64,000 nt of DNA, from contig CM022670.1 in the NCBI GenBank assembly GCA_012295275.1, forward strand, positions 22,072,001 to 22,136,000, written 5' to 3'. Positions 27,501 to 38,799 of the stretch are shown piece by piece. Positions within the stretch are counted from its first letter, which is position 1. Every line of letters starts with the position of its first letter. The notes under the pieces were generated by a model. It searched no databases. It had not been told where the DNA came from and saw nothing but the letters and a program-made list of their open reading frames with translations. Source of the DNA: Chrysomallon squamiferum (lineage: Eukaryota > Animalia > Mollusca). The translations under genes were made by a program, and so were the position numbers.

Positions 27501-30500
27501 TTTAATTGTAAGAAACAATGAAACAGCAAAAGATAATTAATAATGAGCATGAAAATTAAATTAAATTAAAGTTCAAACCTGAAGAAAGATTTAAATTACA
27601 CTGGGCTGCACCATGTCGAAGAATCCAAGCCAAACGTTTTGACAAGCGTGTTAGATCATCATTACTCTGAAGAGAATTGTAATGTATTTATTAGTTTGTT
27701 TATTTAAATATATGTCTCAATAACAAGCATTCTATCAGCAGATTCAGATTCCTATCAAGTCACAATTCTTACATTGTTAAAATTATTATTTAAATATTAT
27801 AAATTATAAATAATGAATTATTTTGTGTATATCATTACAAACTGTTAAAAATCTCAGATGAGTTGTTTAAAATGTACGGTAAGTTTTGCTAATGTTGTAC
27901 AATTTTATGATTGTAGTGGGATTCATTACTAATTGTTTCTTAGTAAACAACGATTACTGACCCGTTTAAAAAAAAATGTTCTAGTTTTTAATAAAATAAA
28001 ATATTAATAATATATTAAAAGTATAACTTAAAAGCATGTATTATATTAAAACATTAAACTAACAAAGATGTTTTAATGTCTCACTGACATTCCAAAATGG
28101 AGTGATATGACTGATGATCTTTGAAATGTTAGTTTATAAATTTTAAGATTTAGTCATTTGTTTATGTGTTTTGTTAATGCTGAATTTCCATAGCTAAAAC
28201 ACCTTCAGTTATATACAGGAACATTGGAACACAAATAAAAACCTTTTCAGGACTGAAAAAAAACTTGGGATACTTACTACAATATTTATAGTATTTATAT
28301 TACTTCAGAGTTCATACCATAAATCTGTCCCTAATCAACATCGTGGTGATTTTTCAATCACCTGAAACATCTATCTAACCATCAGGAATTGACAGATAAC
28401 ACTGGTATCCCTGTATTGCAATTTGTTATGATAAAATCTGTACTCACCGGAAGTGTGTGACCTTGTGTAGCGCGAATCTTTGAGCCATCTCTTGAAATCT
28501 GAAATCTTTTCTTAGTGTCATTGTTCACCACTTGTCTTACATCAGCTTTTGTGTATGATGAGAACTGGGGTTTCTGTAAAATCTCATCGATAGACGCATA
28601 TCCATCTGCAATGTCAGTGACAGCTGTCTGTCAGCTCACTGGTGCTGTTTTAATTTAACGCTTAATGTGTTTAATCTAATTCTCTTTAATTCATTTCACA
28701 TTATTTCTGATTTTGTTCATTATCATCTCAAACAAAATCCTTTTGAAAAATGTATACAGAACTGAGATGATCATGTGAAACAGGCTACTGCTGTACTGAA
28801 TTTAAAAGTTTATTTAAACATTTTTGATTGGTCAGTATAGAAGATTTCTCAATTAATTTCATCAAGGTGAAATGTGTCAGTGATCACAGATCAAGAAAGA
28901 GATTTTCACTTCTGGTCAGTTACTTAGTAATATGTTGTTTAGTAATAGAACATTTCCTATATTCCTTAGCCCTCAATCACACACTTTAGTCTGTATTAAA
29001 ACATACCGACTCCTCAGTCCTTTTTGCCTTACAGCTTGGTCCCATTTCCCACACATAAATCCTCATTATCACACACCTCACTCACACACCTGTCTTTATT
29101 AACAAACTCCTTATTCCCATACATCAGTCCTTATTCCCACACAAAGTGGTCTAATTCCCAGACCTCTCAGTCCTAATTCCTGTGCACCAGTCCATATTTC
29201 TACATTTCTCAATGCTTATTTCCAATGAATATGAAAGATCAGATATTTTTAATTGTAAGAAACAATGAAACAGCAAAAGAAAATTAATAATGAGCATGAA
29301 AATTAAATTAAATTAAAGTTCAAACCTGAAGAAAGATTTAAATTACACTGGGCTGCACCATGTCGAAGAATCCAAGCCAAACGTTTTGACAAGCGTGTTA
29401 GATCATCATTACTCTGAAGAGAATTGTAATGTATTTATTAGTTTGTTTATTTAAATATATGTCTCAATAACAAGCATTCTATCAGCAGATTCAGATTCCT
29501 ATCAAGTCACAATTCTTACATTGTTAAAATTATTATTTAAATATTATAAATTATAAATAATGAATTATTTTGTGTATATCATTACAAACTGTTAAAAATC
29601 TCAGATGAGTTGTTTAAAATGTACGGTAAGTTTTGCTAATGTTGTACAATTTTATGATTGTAGTGGGATTCATTACTAATTGTTTCTTAGTAAACAACGA
29701 TTACTGACCCGTTTAAAAAAAAATGTTCTAGTTTTTAATAAAATAAAATATTAATAATATATTAAAAGTATAACTTAAAAGCATGTATTATATTAAAACA
29801 TTAAACTAACAAAGATGTTTTAATGTCTCACTGACATTCCAAAATGGAGTGATATGACTGATGATCTTTGAAATGTTAGTTTATAAATTTTAAGATTTAG
29901 TCATTTGTTTATGTGTTTTGTTGATGCTGAATTTCCATAGCTAAAACACCTTCAGTTATATACAGGAACATTGGAACACAAATAAAAACCTTTTCAGGAC
30001 TGAAAAAACTTGGGATACTTACTACAATATTTATAGTATTTATATTACTTCAGAGTTCATACCATAAATCTGTCCCTAATCAACATCGTGGTGATTTTTC
30101 AATCACCTGAAACATCTATCTAACCATCAGGAATTGACAGATAACACTGGAATCCCTGTATTGCAATTTGTTATGATAAAATCTGTACTCACCGGAAGTG
30201 TGTGACCTTGTGTAGCGCGAATCTTTGAGCCATCTCTTGAAATCTGAAATCTTTTCTTAGTGTCATTGTTCACCACTTGTCTTACATCAGCTTTTGTGTA
30301 TGATGAGAACTCGGGTTTCTGTAAAATCTCATCGATAGACGCATATCCATCTGCAATGTCAGTGACAGCTGTCTGTCAGCTCACTGGTGCTGTTTTAATT
30401 TAACGCTTAATGTGTTTAATCTAATTCTCTTTAATTCATTTCACATTATTTCTGATTTTGTTCATTATCATCTCAAACAAAATCCTTTTGAAAAATGTAT

Positions 30501-31446
30501 ACAGAACTGAGATGAATATGTGAAACAGGCTACTGCTGTACTGAATTTAAAAGTTTATTTAAACATTTTTGATTGGTCAGTATAGAAGATTTCTCAATTA
30601 ATTTCATCAAGGTGAAATGTGTCAGTGATCACAGATCAAGAAAGAGATTTTCACTTCTGGTCAGTTACTTAGTAATATGTTGTTTAGTAATAGAACATTT
30701 CCTATATTCCTTAGCCCTCAATCCCACACTTTAGTCTGTATTAAAACATACCGACTCCTCAGTCCTTTTTGCCTTACAGCTTGGTCCCATTTCCCACACA
30801 TAAATCCTCATTATCACACACCTCACTCACACACCTGTCTTTATTAACAAACTCCTTATTCCCATACATCAGTCCTTATTCCCACACAAAGTGGTCTAAT
30901 TCCCAGACCTCTCAGTCCTAATTCCTGTGCACCAGTCCATATTTCTACATTTCTCAATGCTTATTTCCAATGAATATGAAAGATCAGATATTTTTAATTG
31001 TAAGAAACAATGAAACAGCAAAAGATAATTAATAATGAGCATGAAAATTAAATTAAATTAAAGTTCAAACCTGAAGAAAGATTTAAATTACACTGGGCTG
31101 CACCATGTCGAAGAATCCAAGCCAAACGTTTTGACAAGCGTGTTAGATCATCATTACTCTGAAGAGAATTGTAATGTATTTATTAGTTTGTTTATTTAAA
31201 TATATGTCTCAATAACAAGCATTCTATCAGCAGATTCAGATTCCTATCAAGTCACAATTCTTACATTGTTAAAATTATTATTTAAATATTTCTAATTTGA
31301 GAATGAAAATTAATCAAAAATAAATAAAATTTATTTTATTAAGAAAGCATTTGTTTCTGACTGCTCAACTCCTGGCTGCATTAAAATATCATATTTTGAC
31401 AGGTAACTTCTAGACTTAACTTCAGGCTTACCTGGTAAGCACACAT
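21598..31446 (-). CDS. TRPT1: TRPT1 copy 2 with internal exon amplification (up to four N-terminal lobes, ~489 aa if all exons are used)
   Basis: Exons in transcription order: 31446-31432; [31158-31071, 30350-30193]; [29413-29326, 28605-28448]; [27666-27579, 26858-26701, 26046-25942]; [25722-25635, 25087-24930, 24278-24174]; 23904-23832; 23014-22958; 22387-22283; 21623-21598. No stops or frameshifts seen; splice dinucleotides intact. Confidence 0.75.
24085..31290. repeat. Tandem array of four ~1.75-1.95 kb units carrying TRPT1 exons
   Basis: Units ~24085-25855, ~25856-27798, ~27799-29545, ~29546-31290. Homologous exon ends are spaced 1771, 1747 and 1745 bp. Confidence 0.95.
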
Positions 31447-32828
31447 AATAAAGTATTGTAACAGAAACCCTGAAACAGAAATAACAAGTTTTATTCGCAT
31501 ACATTCTCTGTCTTGTCAGTTACCAAACTGTTGTAATAAACTTGAGTTTTATAATACAACTTTACTGAGGCTGTCAGTATCTTTTAATGTTTTAATATAT
31601 AAAATAACCTTACATTTATAGCAAAAATATTTGCATCCATACATTCTGAAGAGCTTGCTATATTGCTATGTGCACTATTATTAACAAAATTTGTCACAAA
31701 TAAAGCAGCCGTTTGGAAGTATCCACTCGTAATTTGGTTCAAACAACAGCTACGTTTCATATATTTTTATCTTTCCAAATGTAAAGAAATGATGTTGCTG
31801 CTGAGTTCGTGTTCTCCAAAAAATTAAAATAATAACATAGGTTAAAATACCAAATCATATTATAAACGAGGTTTGTGAAATTTGTATCATTTATGATTTA
31901 TCAAGCAGACGAATATATTAACATTCATGGAAATCTCAGCTCAGGAGGCTCGTGTATTCGTTGACGTATGTGCAGTTTTTTTAACTGTGTTACGAGTTTC
32001 ACATCAACGAATGCATTATAAATATGATCAACAGAATAATATTTTCATTCGTTTTCTTTTCTTTTTTTTTAAACATTTTATGTTGACTTGTTCTGTTAAA
32101 TATATAGATTATCAAAACAAGTTTACTTACTAAAATTCTTCAAATCAACAAAATAAACTAACGGCAATGAATACAAGATAGTTAATGAAATGAAACGGAA
32201 TTCGCGGATTTAATGTTAATTTCCTACTTTCGCTTTCTGTCCCAAGACTAAACCAAGCTATGAAATTTAAAGTTTAACTAGAATAATTGTGACAAAATAT
32301 TAATCTGTTTATCATTAAAGATAAGCTTTTATACAACTTACATTAAAAGACAGTTTTAAATGAGGGAGAACGATTTGTTTTTGTTGTCCGTTTACTTGAT
32401 TTGGAGTTCTGCGTAACGCTACGGAAGTTACGAGATAGTGTTTACTTTTGTAATGCGTGTGTAGCAATTAATATGTTCTGCCGTACAGTTCGTTTTGGGT
32501 TCTGTAGCAGTATTCGGCGGGTAACGTGAAATTAAATAATCTATAATCGTTTATTTATTTTTAGATTTCAGTTCACGCTTGGACACAAATGACACCATAA
32601 ATATTTATCAAACGTAATATTCTATATAAGTTAGACGGAAAACACACAAAACCTGGATACACATGTATTGTTAAACAAGTTCAGTAATATACTGAAGATA
32701 TTATTACTATTTTTTTTTTGGGGGGGGGGTCCTTGATGCTGCCGTTTTAACATTTTATTCACAGGCTGGAGATACAAAACCAAACAACACTTGTTGGCAA
32801 ATAATCTCCCAAATATTTCATTTGGCTT

Positions 32829-33085
32829 CAGGGGCGGATCTATTATGAAACTAATGAAGCTTAAGCTTCAGGACCCTTTATACAAGAGGGTCCCAAGAAG
32901 CGACTTTTGTCCACATTTCCTCAAAATATGAAACAAAATTTCAGGTGTGTCTCAATTTTAAAAACCTGTCATGGAACATTGCCACAGAAGAAGATAACAG
33001 TGGTTACCCAGAACTCATTGTTGCTTGTCAAGGGCTTCCAAAAATGTTCATCCTACAGGAGCCAAAAAATGTAGGTCCGAGATTA
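32829..33085. mobile_element. Probable degenerate non-autonomous DNA transposon (MITE, CAGGGGCGGAT-type terminus)
   Basis: Starts CAGGGGCGGATCT, followed by the palindrome TGAAGCTTAAGCTTCA and the GGACCCT...AGGGTCC hairpin; a decayed matching end TAGGTCCG lies at ~33072. Confidence 0.5.
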
Positions 33086-34061
33086 TCTGCCTCTCCTTTC
33101 AAAGATGACGATATATGCAGATCAGGTATATAATTACTTCTGTTTTATTTAAAAGCAATTTAAATGAATATTACTTTATTTCTTGGTCGTTAAAAAGGAG
33201 TTATCGGCTCATGTCGGTCATTATCAGTCACTTGTCAGCAAAATAAACTCTCAAATATTTCATCTGTCTCTTTTCCAAAGGCATTGATTTCATACTTACA
33301 GATTAGGTATAAAAATATTTCTAACGATGCAACGGTAAACTCACTGCAAGATGGAAGATATATCTATGACTAAATATGTTTCAAGTTTTTTCCTCAGTCA
33401 AAATAATAATAATAATAACAATAATATAAATAAATAAATAAATAAAAATTAAAAAAATGTTGGTATCTTTCACTTGCTATTGGTGGTGTAAAATATAGTG
33501 ATATATGGTAAAGAATCAGTAAAATTTTATAGATATCAGAAATTAAAATAAGAATGTTAAATAATCAAACAGGAAAAAAAATATATATATATCTGTCCCC
33601 CAAAAAATTAAATAAATATATAATAGGTTGTTTTTTTTCCCCATATTTACAAGGATTACTGGACATCTCTGAAAAAGCACAGGAAAATTATTAGCGTATT
33701 GATGATAATTATAGTATCGCGCAGGTAACATAGCTTCACTATAACTATACTTAGGCCCTATTCTAATCTGCTCATTATTTTATCAGGTAAAAAAAAAAAA
33801 TAAATAAATAAATAAATATAGTTTTCGTTTCCATTCGTTATTTCAGAACATGAAGGCTTTCAGTTTAATTTAAATTAGTCAGTGCGTGCATATGCAGACG
33901 GGAGAGTAACCCAACAAATTAGCGACAGTCATTTACTGGTTAAAAACAAATTAAAAACACACTGTCGATATTTCTGTTTCGAATGCCTGATGATTTTTAC
34001 TATTTCTATTTTTCAGCAATTAGAACTCGTAAATAATAATTATATTAGTTTCTTTATTGAT

Positions 34062-34097
<36 letters not shown>

Positions 34098-34184
34098 AAT
34101 AACTGAGTCTACGTGTGATTTCCTAAACACTCTTTCTCTTTTATTTGTCTATATTATCCATATCTGTAGATCAATACATACACA

Positions 34185-34630
34185 CAAGGCCGGATTTCCC
34201 ATATAGATTTTTAGGCTAGAGCCTAGGACGGCAGGGTGATAGGGGCAGCAGTTTATGAAAATGTTATTGGCCAGTGTTGTCTTTCGCGCAAAATTAGGCG
34301 CTTTTTTAGGAGATTGTGCGCTAAATTATCGAGTTGTGCGCTTTGTTAAACTTTGTAACAATGTTTAATTATGGATATCCTCATTGTACTGAATAACAGA
34401 ACTATGGGCCAATGACATTGCCCATCACGAATTCTTTGATGTACTGTATAAATAAATCACTGCGTATATGTCAAATCATGCTTTTGCTTCCTTCTAGACC
34501 ATAAGTTATCAAAAAAAAATCATTTATTTCATTTTATATAATAAACAAAGTGGGAAGGGCGAAGTGGGCTTGAAGAGGGGGGCCATAAAATTGTAGCTTA
34601 TGGGCGACTAGCACAAAAACTCCGACACTG
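34185..34630. mobile_element. Non-autonomous hAT-like MITE
   Basis: Imperfect terminal inverted repeats CAAGGCCGGA...TCCGACACTG, flanking 8-mers CATACACA/CATATACA (7 of 8 match), subterminal palindrome TAGGCTAGAGCCTA. Confidence 0.6.
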
Positions 34631-35019
34631 CATATACACACATATATAAACACACATATATAGACGCACATTCTGTTGGTAAAACATTTGTTTTGGCCAC
34701 TGCATCTTTTATCTTATTATAAATCAAATAATAAGAAATAAACAAATAGTAGCATTTATCGATAGCCTATGTGAAAACGTATTACTTATTGCTGTTAATT
34801 AATTTATATAATGATAATAATAATAATCATCATCATCATCATAATCATTATCATTATCATCATCATCATTTATTTATTAATTTTCACTACTATTAAATTT
34901 TATCTTCTACTGTCGTTAGGCGGGCAGGACAGACTGGAATAATGGTAGTATATACTGGTTGTTAAAATCGATTTCTTATTAATTTTTGTAACTATCTTTT
35001 TTGTACCGACAGAATTAAT

Positions 35020-35190
35020 AGTGGATTGACCAATCCTGGAATTGTCACGCCCACCGCTCTTGTAAGCAAGAGCAATTGGCTGAATATTGGTCACGTGCTA
35101 GAGTTTATCTCTTCTATCTCTTTCAACGGTCGTCAAGGAAAGTTAGTGATACGGATTGGTGATCTCGTGGCATTGGCGTGGGAAAAGCAA
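35020..35190. promoter_or_regulatory. CCAAT-box cluster with E-box and E2F-like site; probable promoter of the CDC14-like locus
   Basis: CCAAT 35030-35034; ATTGG at 35075, 35086, 35155, 35172; CACGTG 35092-35097; GGCGTGGGAAAA ~35175; CpG-rich. Confidence 0.6.
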
Positions 35191-36997
35191 TATTATTATA
35201 ACTGAATTGAAGTATTAGAACAGCCTCAGAAAGATAATTAACACCTCCGTAAAGAGGAATTAGTAATAAACAAATAACATCGCTTAGTCATAGCAATATC
35301 AAGATTGGCAATTGTTTTGAAAGTTCTTACATCGGACAATTGTCTTAAACCATGTTGGAAGAAAGCAAGATTATCATGAATCCACTGAATGCGATTGAAT
35401 TTATAAACGGTGAACTGAATCATAATACCGACAGAAACAACTGTGCTATAAGTGACGACTAGCGGTGTACATGCAAAACAAACCAAAAATATACACAATT
35501 TTTTTTACTTTCGTACCTGTTTAATTTTTTTTTTTTTAATTTTTTTTTTTTTATACGGAATAAAATAAAATAAATAAAACGGCATATACTTTTCGAAAAG
35601 TAGATCGGCCTTCACTAAACTTTGGGTTCGATTATGGAACCTTTTCAGCGTGTACACCGGTTATGACAATAGCATGGTTGAATGTTATCGTTTTTGAAAG
35701 TGTGGATGATGTATGAAAAAGGGTTTGCTAAGCATTGAAACTCACATTTACTGATTTGACAAGTGAAATATGTTTTTTCTCAGAATCAACAATATGGTGG
35801 AGACAATATCATGTAATTTATTAGTTTCTCAATGGGAATATTTTATATCATTCTATTTTATGTAGAAAAGGCAATAATCAAGTTTATGCATTAACTGATT
35901 AAATAAATCTGTAGACATTTTGTCCCACATGTGTTAAGCAGTTTAGTGTTGGACAGTAAACTAACAGCACTGTGTCCATTTCGTCATGTTTTAACCACAC
36001 AAATTTCTTTTTTGAGATGAAAATTATATACCTTTCCCCCAAAAAACTGAAATATCTTAAGTTGAACAAATCAGGAATGATAAAATTTCAATTGTTCAAA
36101 ACAGTTGAAGTTTGTAAAAAAAAAAATATTATATTTTTTTATAAATGTAAGTGCAAATCTTGAATATAAGTGTATTGACTTTTCTTTCCTACACTTTTAA
36201 CAGAACTAAGCATAAGTGTAATAATAAATTATAATTATAATTTAAAAAGTCTAAAATTTAATAATTTAAGGTTACATTATTTTTGTTTTCCCTGTTGTGA
36301 TTATAACAAAAATATATATAAATATAAAAATAAATTAAATAAACAAATTATTGAACATTTACATTTGTCTATTGTTAAATAGTTTAATAATATATAATTA
36401 TTACATGTTTAGACCATGTCACTTTGTGTGCCTTTTTGGCTATTTTTTAAAGAAATTTTTATTCAGAAAGTGGATTTAAATGTGAGCCTGGGCACACAAA
36501 ACAATACAACATATAACTTATATTTTACAGATCGTCTGTATTAGACAGCTTTGACAATGAAGCCAGCAGTGACTGTTGATTGCCATTTCTTTTCTATTGA
36601 TGAGGAGTTTACATATAAAATTTCTGATCAGATTAAGCAATGTAGTTTTATTGGTAGCATTTATTACTATTGTTGTTGTTTTAATTATACAGTGCTGTTT
36701 GTTATTTATAACTGGAAATTGATTGTTTAAGTGACATGAGGATGAATTTGAAAACCATATTTCATTGTCAGATAAAACAACTAACATTATGTAAATATTT
36801 ACACGATTGTTGTTATGACTTTGTATCATAAAGCCAAATATTATTTTAACATTTGTTTTAGGCAAATGTATTGATAAGGATATTTACATAACAAAGAAAG
36901 TTAAGTTTTAGATTTCCAGAATTCTCTATTAAAACAAAATATCATCCCCCAAAATACTTATGTTGATTTATCAATTTTTATATTTGAACAGTTCATA

Positions 36998-36999
<2 letters not shown>

Positions 37000-37040
<41 letters not shown>
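37000..37040. repeat. (TAT)n microsatellite
   Basis: Seen directly. Confidence 0.95.
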
Positions 37041-37041
<1 letters not shown>

Positions 37042-38335
37042 CTCCATTACTTTGTTTTAGATTCAATGGAGATTTCGGAAAATCACAAATGCAACATACC
37101 TTATTGCTTGCTATTCAGTAAGTATAATTATATTGTATATATTTCATTTTGAGCCAAGATAATAATAATGTAAATATTTTCACACATATATAGGTTTTCA
37201 CATAAACCTTTTGATGTGAATGCATACTAAGTCATTATTCAGTCAACATATAAATGGAAAAATGTCATATGCAACTTCTGTTGAAATTTTTTAAATGTTG
37301 ATTATTTTTCCATTTTTAGATCTTATATTTGGGGAAAACACCACAGCAAGCTTACCGTTTGGTTCAAGTTAACCTGAATATACCATATATGCCATACTGG
37401 TAAGACATTACTTTGACAACAGTTTTTAAATATTAATCTAGTTATAAACTGTTTAACTTGATAGAACTTGGCTATGTTTCAGTTCTATAGTCTTGGTATT
37501 ACCTTGGTAATATGTAACTGTTAACTGTCTTCATAATTGTTTTTGAACATGATATAATCACATAAAACATGATGGGATGTGATATAACTGGCACAGAAGC
37601 AGTCAAAGCTAAAATGCTAGCAGAATATTGATTTTATGTATTTAGCAGAGTAATAAATCTGTATATTGATTTATGTATAGCATGTAATTTAATAATTGCG
37701 AACAGTTTTCAATAATCAACTCTTTTGTATAATTTTGGTTTAATATGTTTTATGACATTTCATTAAACTCAAGATAACAGATGTCTTAATAAGTAATGAA
37801 TTTATTTTTTTCAACAATTACATTATTTCTAGATAAATTTCTAAATGAAACTAAAAATTCCAGTAATGAAATGAACATCATAAAATATTCTCCTTCATCT
37901 ACATTCATATTTACCCAAAATTCATTTAATTAATTAATTAATTAGTTGTTCATATTATTATTACATCTTTTCTTTTCATTCTTTCTTAATGTTTTTTTTT
38001 TTTAAATTTTTAAACTGTATATATATTTGTATATTAATTTCACTATATTTCTCCTTAATTTACAAGGTCAAATACTTTTTCATTAAATATATTTTTCTTT
38101 TCAGAATAAAAAAAACACCACAAAGTAAAAGTTTAAAATAATGTGCAGTAATGTCTATAGCAATATAACTTTTTTTATTTCTCTTCCAGAGATTCAACAT
38201 TCAACTCCAGCGCCTATGACCTCACCTTGCTAGACTGTCTCCAGGACATAAAAAAGGTAAATATTGTATATAAGACAATTAAGTTTTGAAATAAACTGAC
38301 TTGTCTTTTTTTATTTACCAGAGATGAATTTTATA

Positions 38336-38440
38336 GGAATAGGAATAGGAAAAAAATTAACGTGCTAGTCAGAGCAAGCTGTTGTGAAGCATGTCTGCGA
38401 CGGGCACGCTTTCTGACAGGTCAGCGGGCGTGTCCGTCGC
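38336..38440 (-). mobile_element. Short non-LTR retroposon (SINE/LINE 3' end) insertion with 14-bp target-site duplication
   Basis: AGATGAATTTTATA at 38322-38335 and 38441-38454 flanks a 105-bp insert with a (GGAATA)n tail and a GC-rich hairpin. Confidence 0.8.
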
Positions 38441-38732
38441 AGATGAATTTTATACAAAATCATCATTTAAATAGAATATTAAAATACTTCACATTGAAAT
38501 AGTTTAAAAATTGTACTGATAATAATTATAATTTAAACTTACATTGGATAACTGTTTGACTAAACAGGTTTTGACAGTTTAGTTCAATTTTTATAGCTTA
38601 TTAATTTTTTTAAATAGTAATAAATTGCAATTAAGAAGTAACAGTGAAATGTTTTCCAGTGTTAATAAATAATGTTTAAATTAGAAATTATTTGTTGAAT
38701 GGAAGAAATGATTTTCTTAATTGTTATATGTG

Positions 38733-38758
38733 TGTTGTTATTATTATTGTTGTTGTTG

Positions 38759-38797
<39 letters not shown>
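38733..38797. repeat. (TTG)n/(TTA)n microsatellite
   Basis: Seen directly; explains the poly-Leu ORF at 38699. Confidence 0.95.

Positions 38798-38799
<2 letters not shown>

Larger units (their letters stand above)
14612..32563 (+). repeat. Segmental tandem duplication, unit 2 (lengthened by internal TRPT1 exon amplification)
   Basis: Colinear with 1000-14611, minus segments ~6105-6195, ~6545-6745 and ~7942-8505, plus about 5.4 kb of extra TRPT1 repeat units. Confidence 0.95.

Noticed and set aside
36542-36544. Stop readthrough or selenocysteine recoding in CDC14
   Set aside because: Frameshifts and lost donors co-occur, so simple pseudogenization explains the stops.
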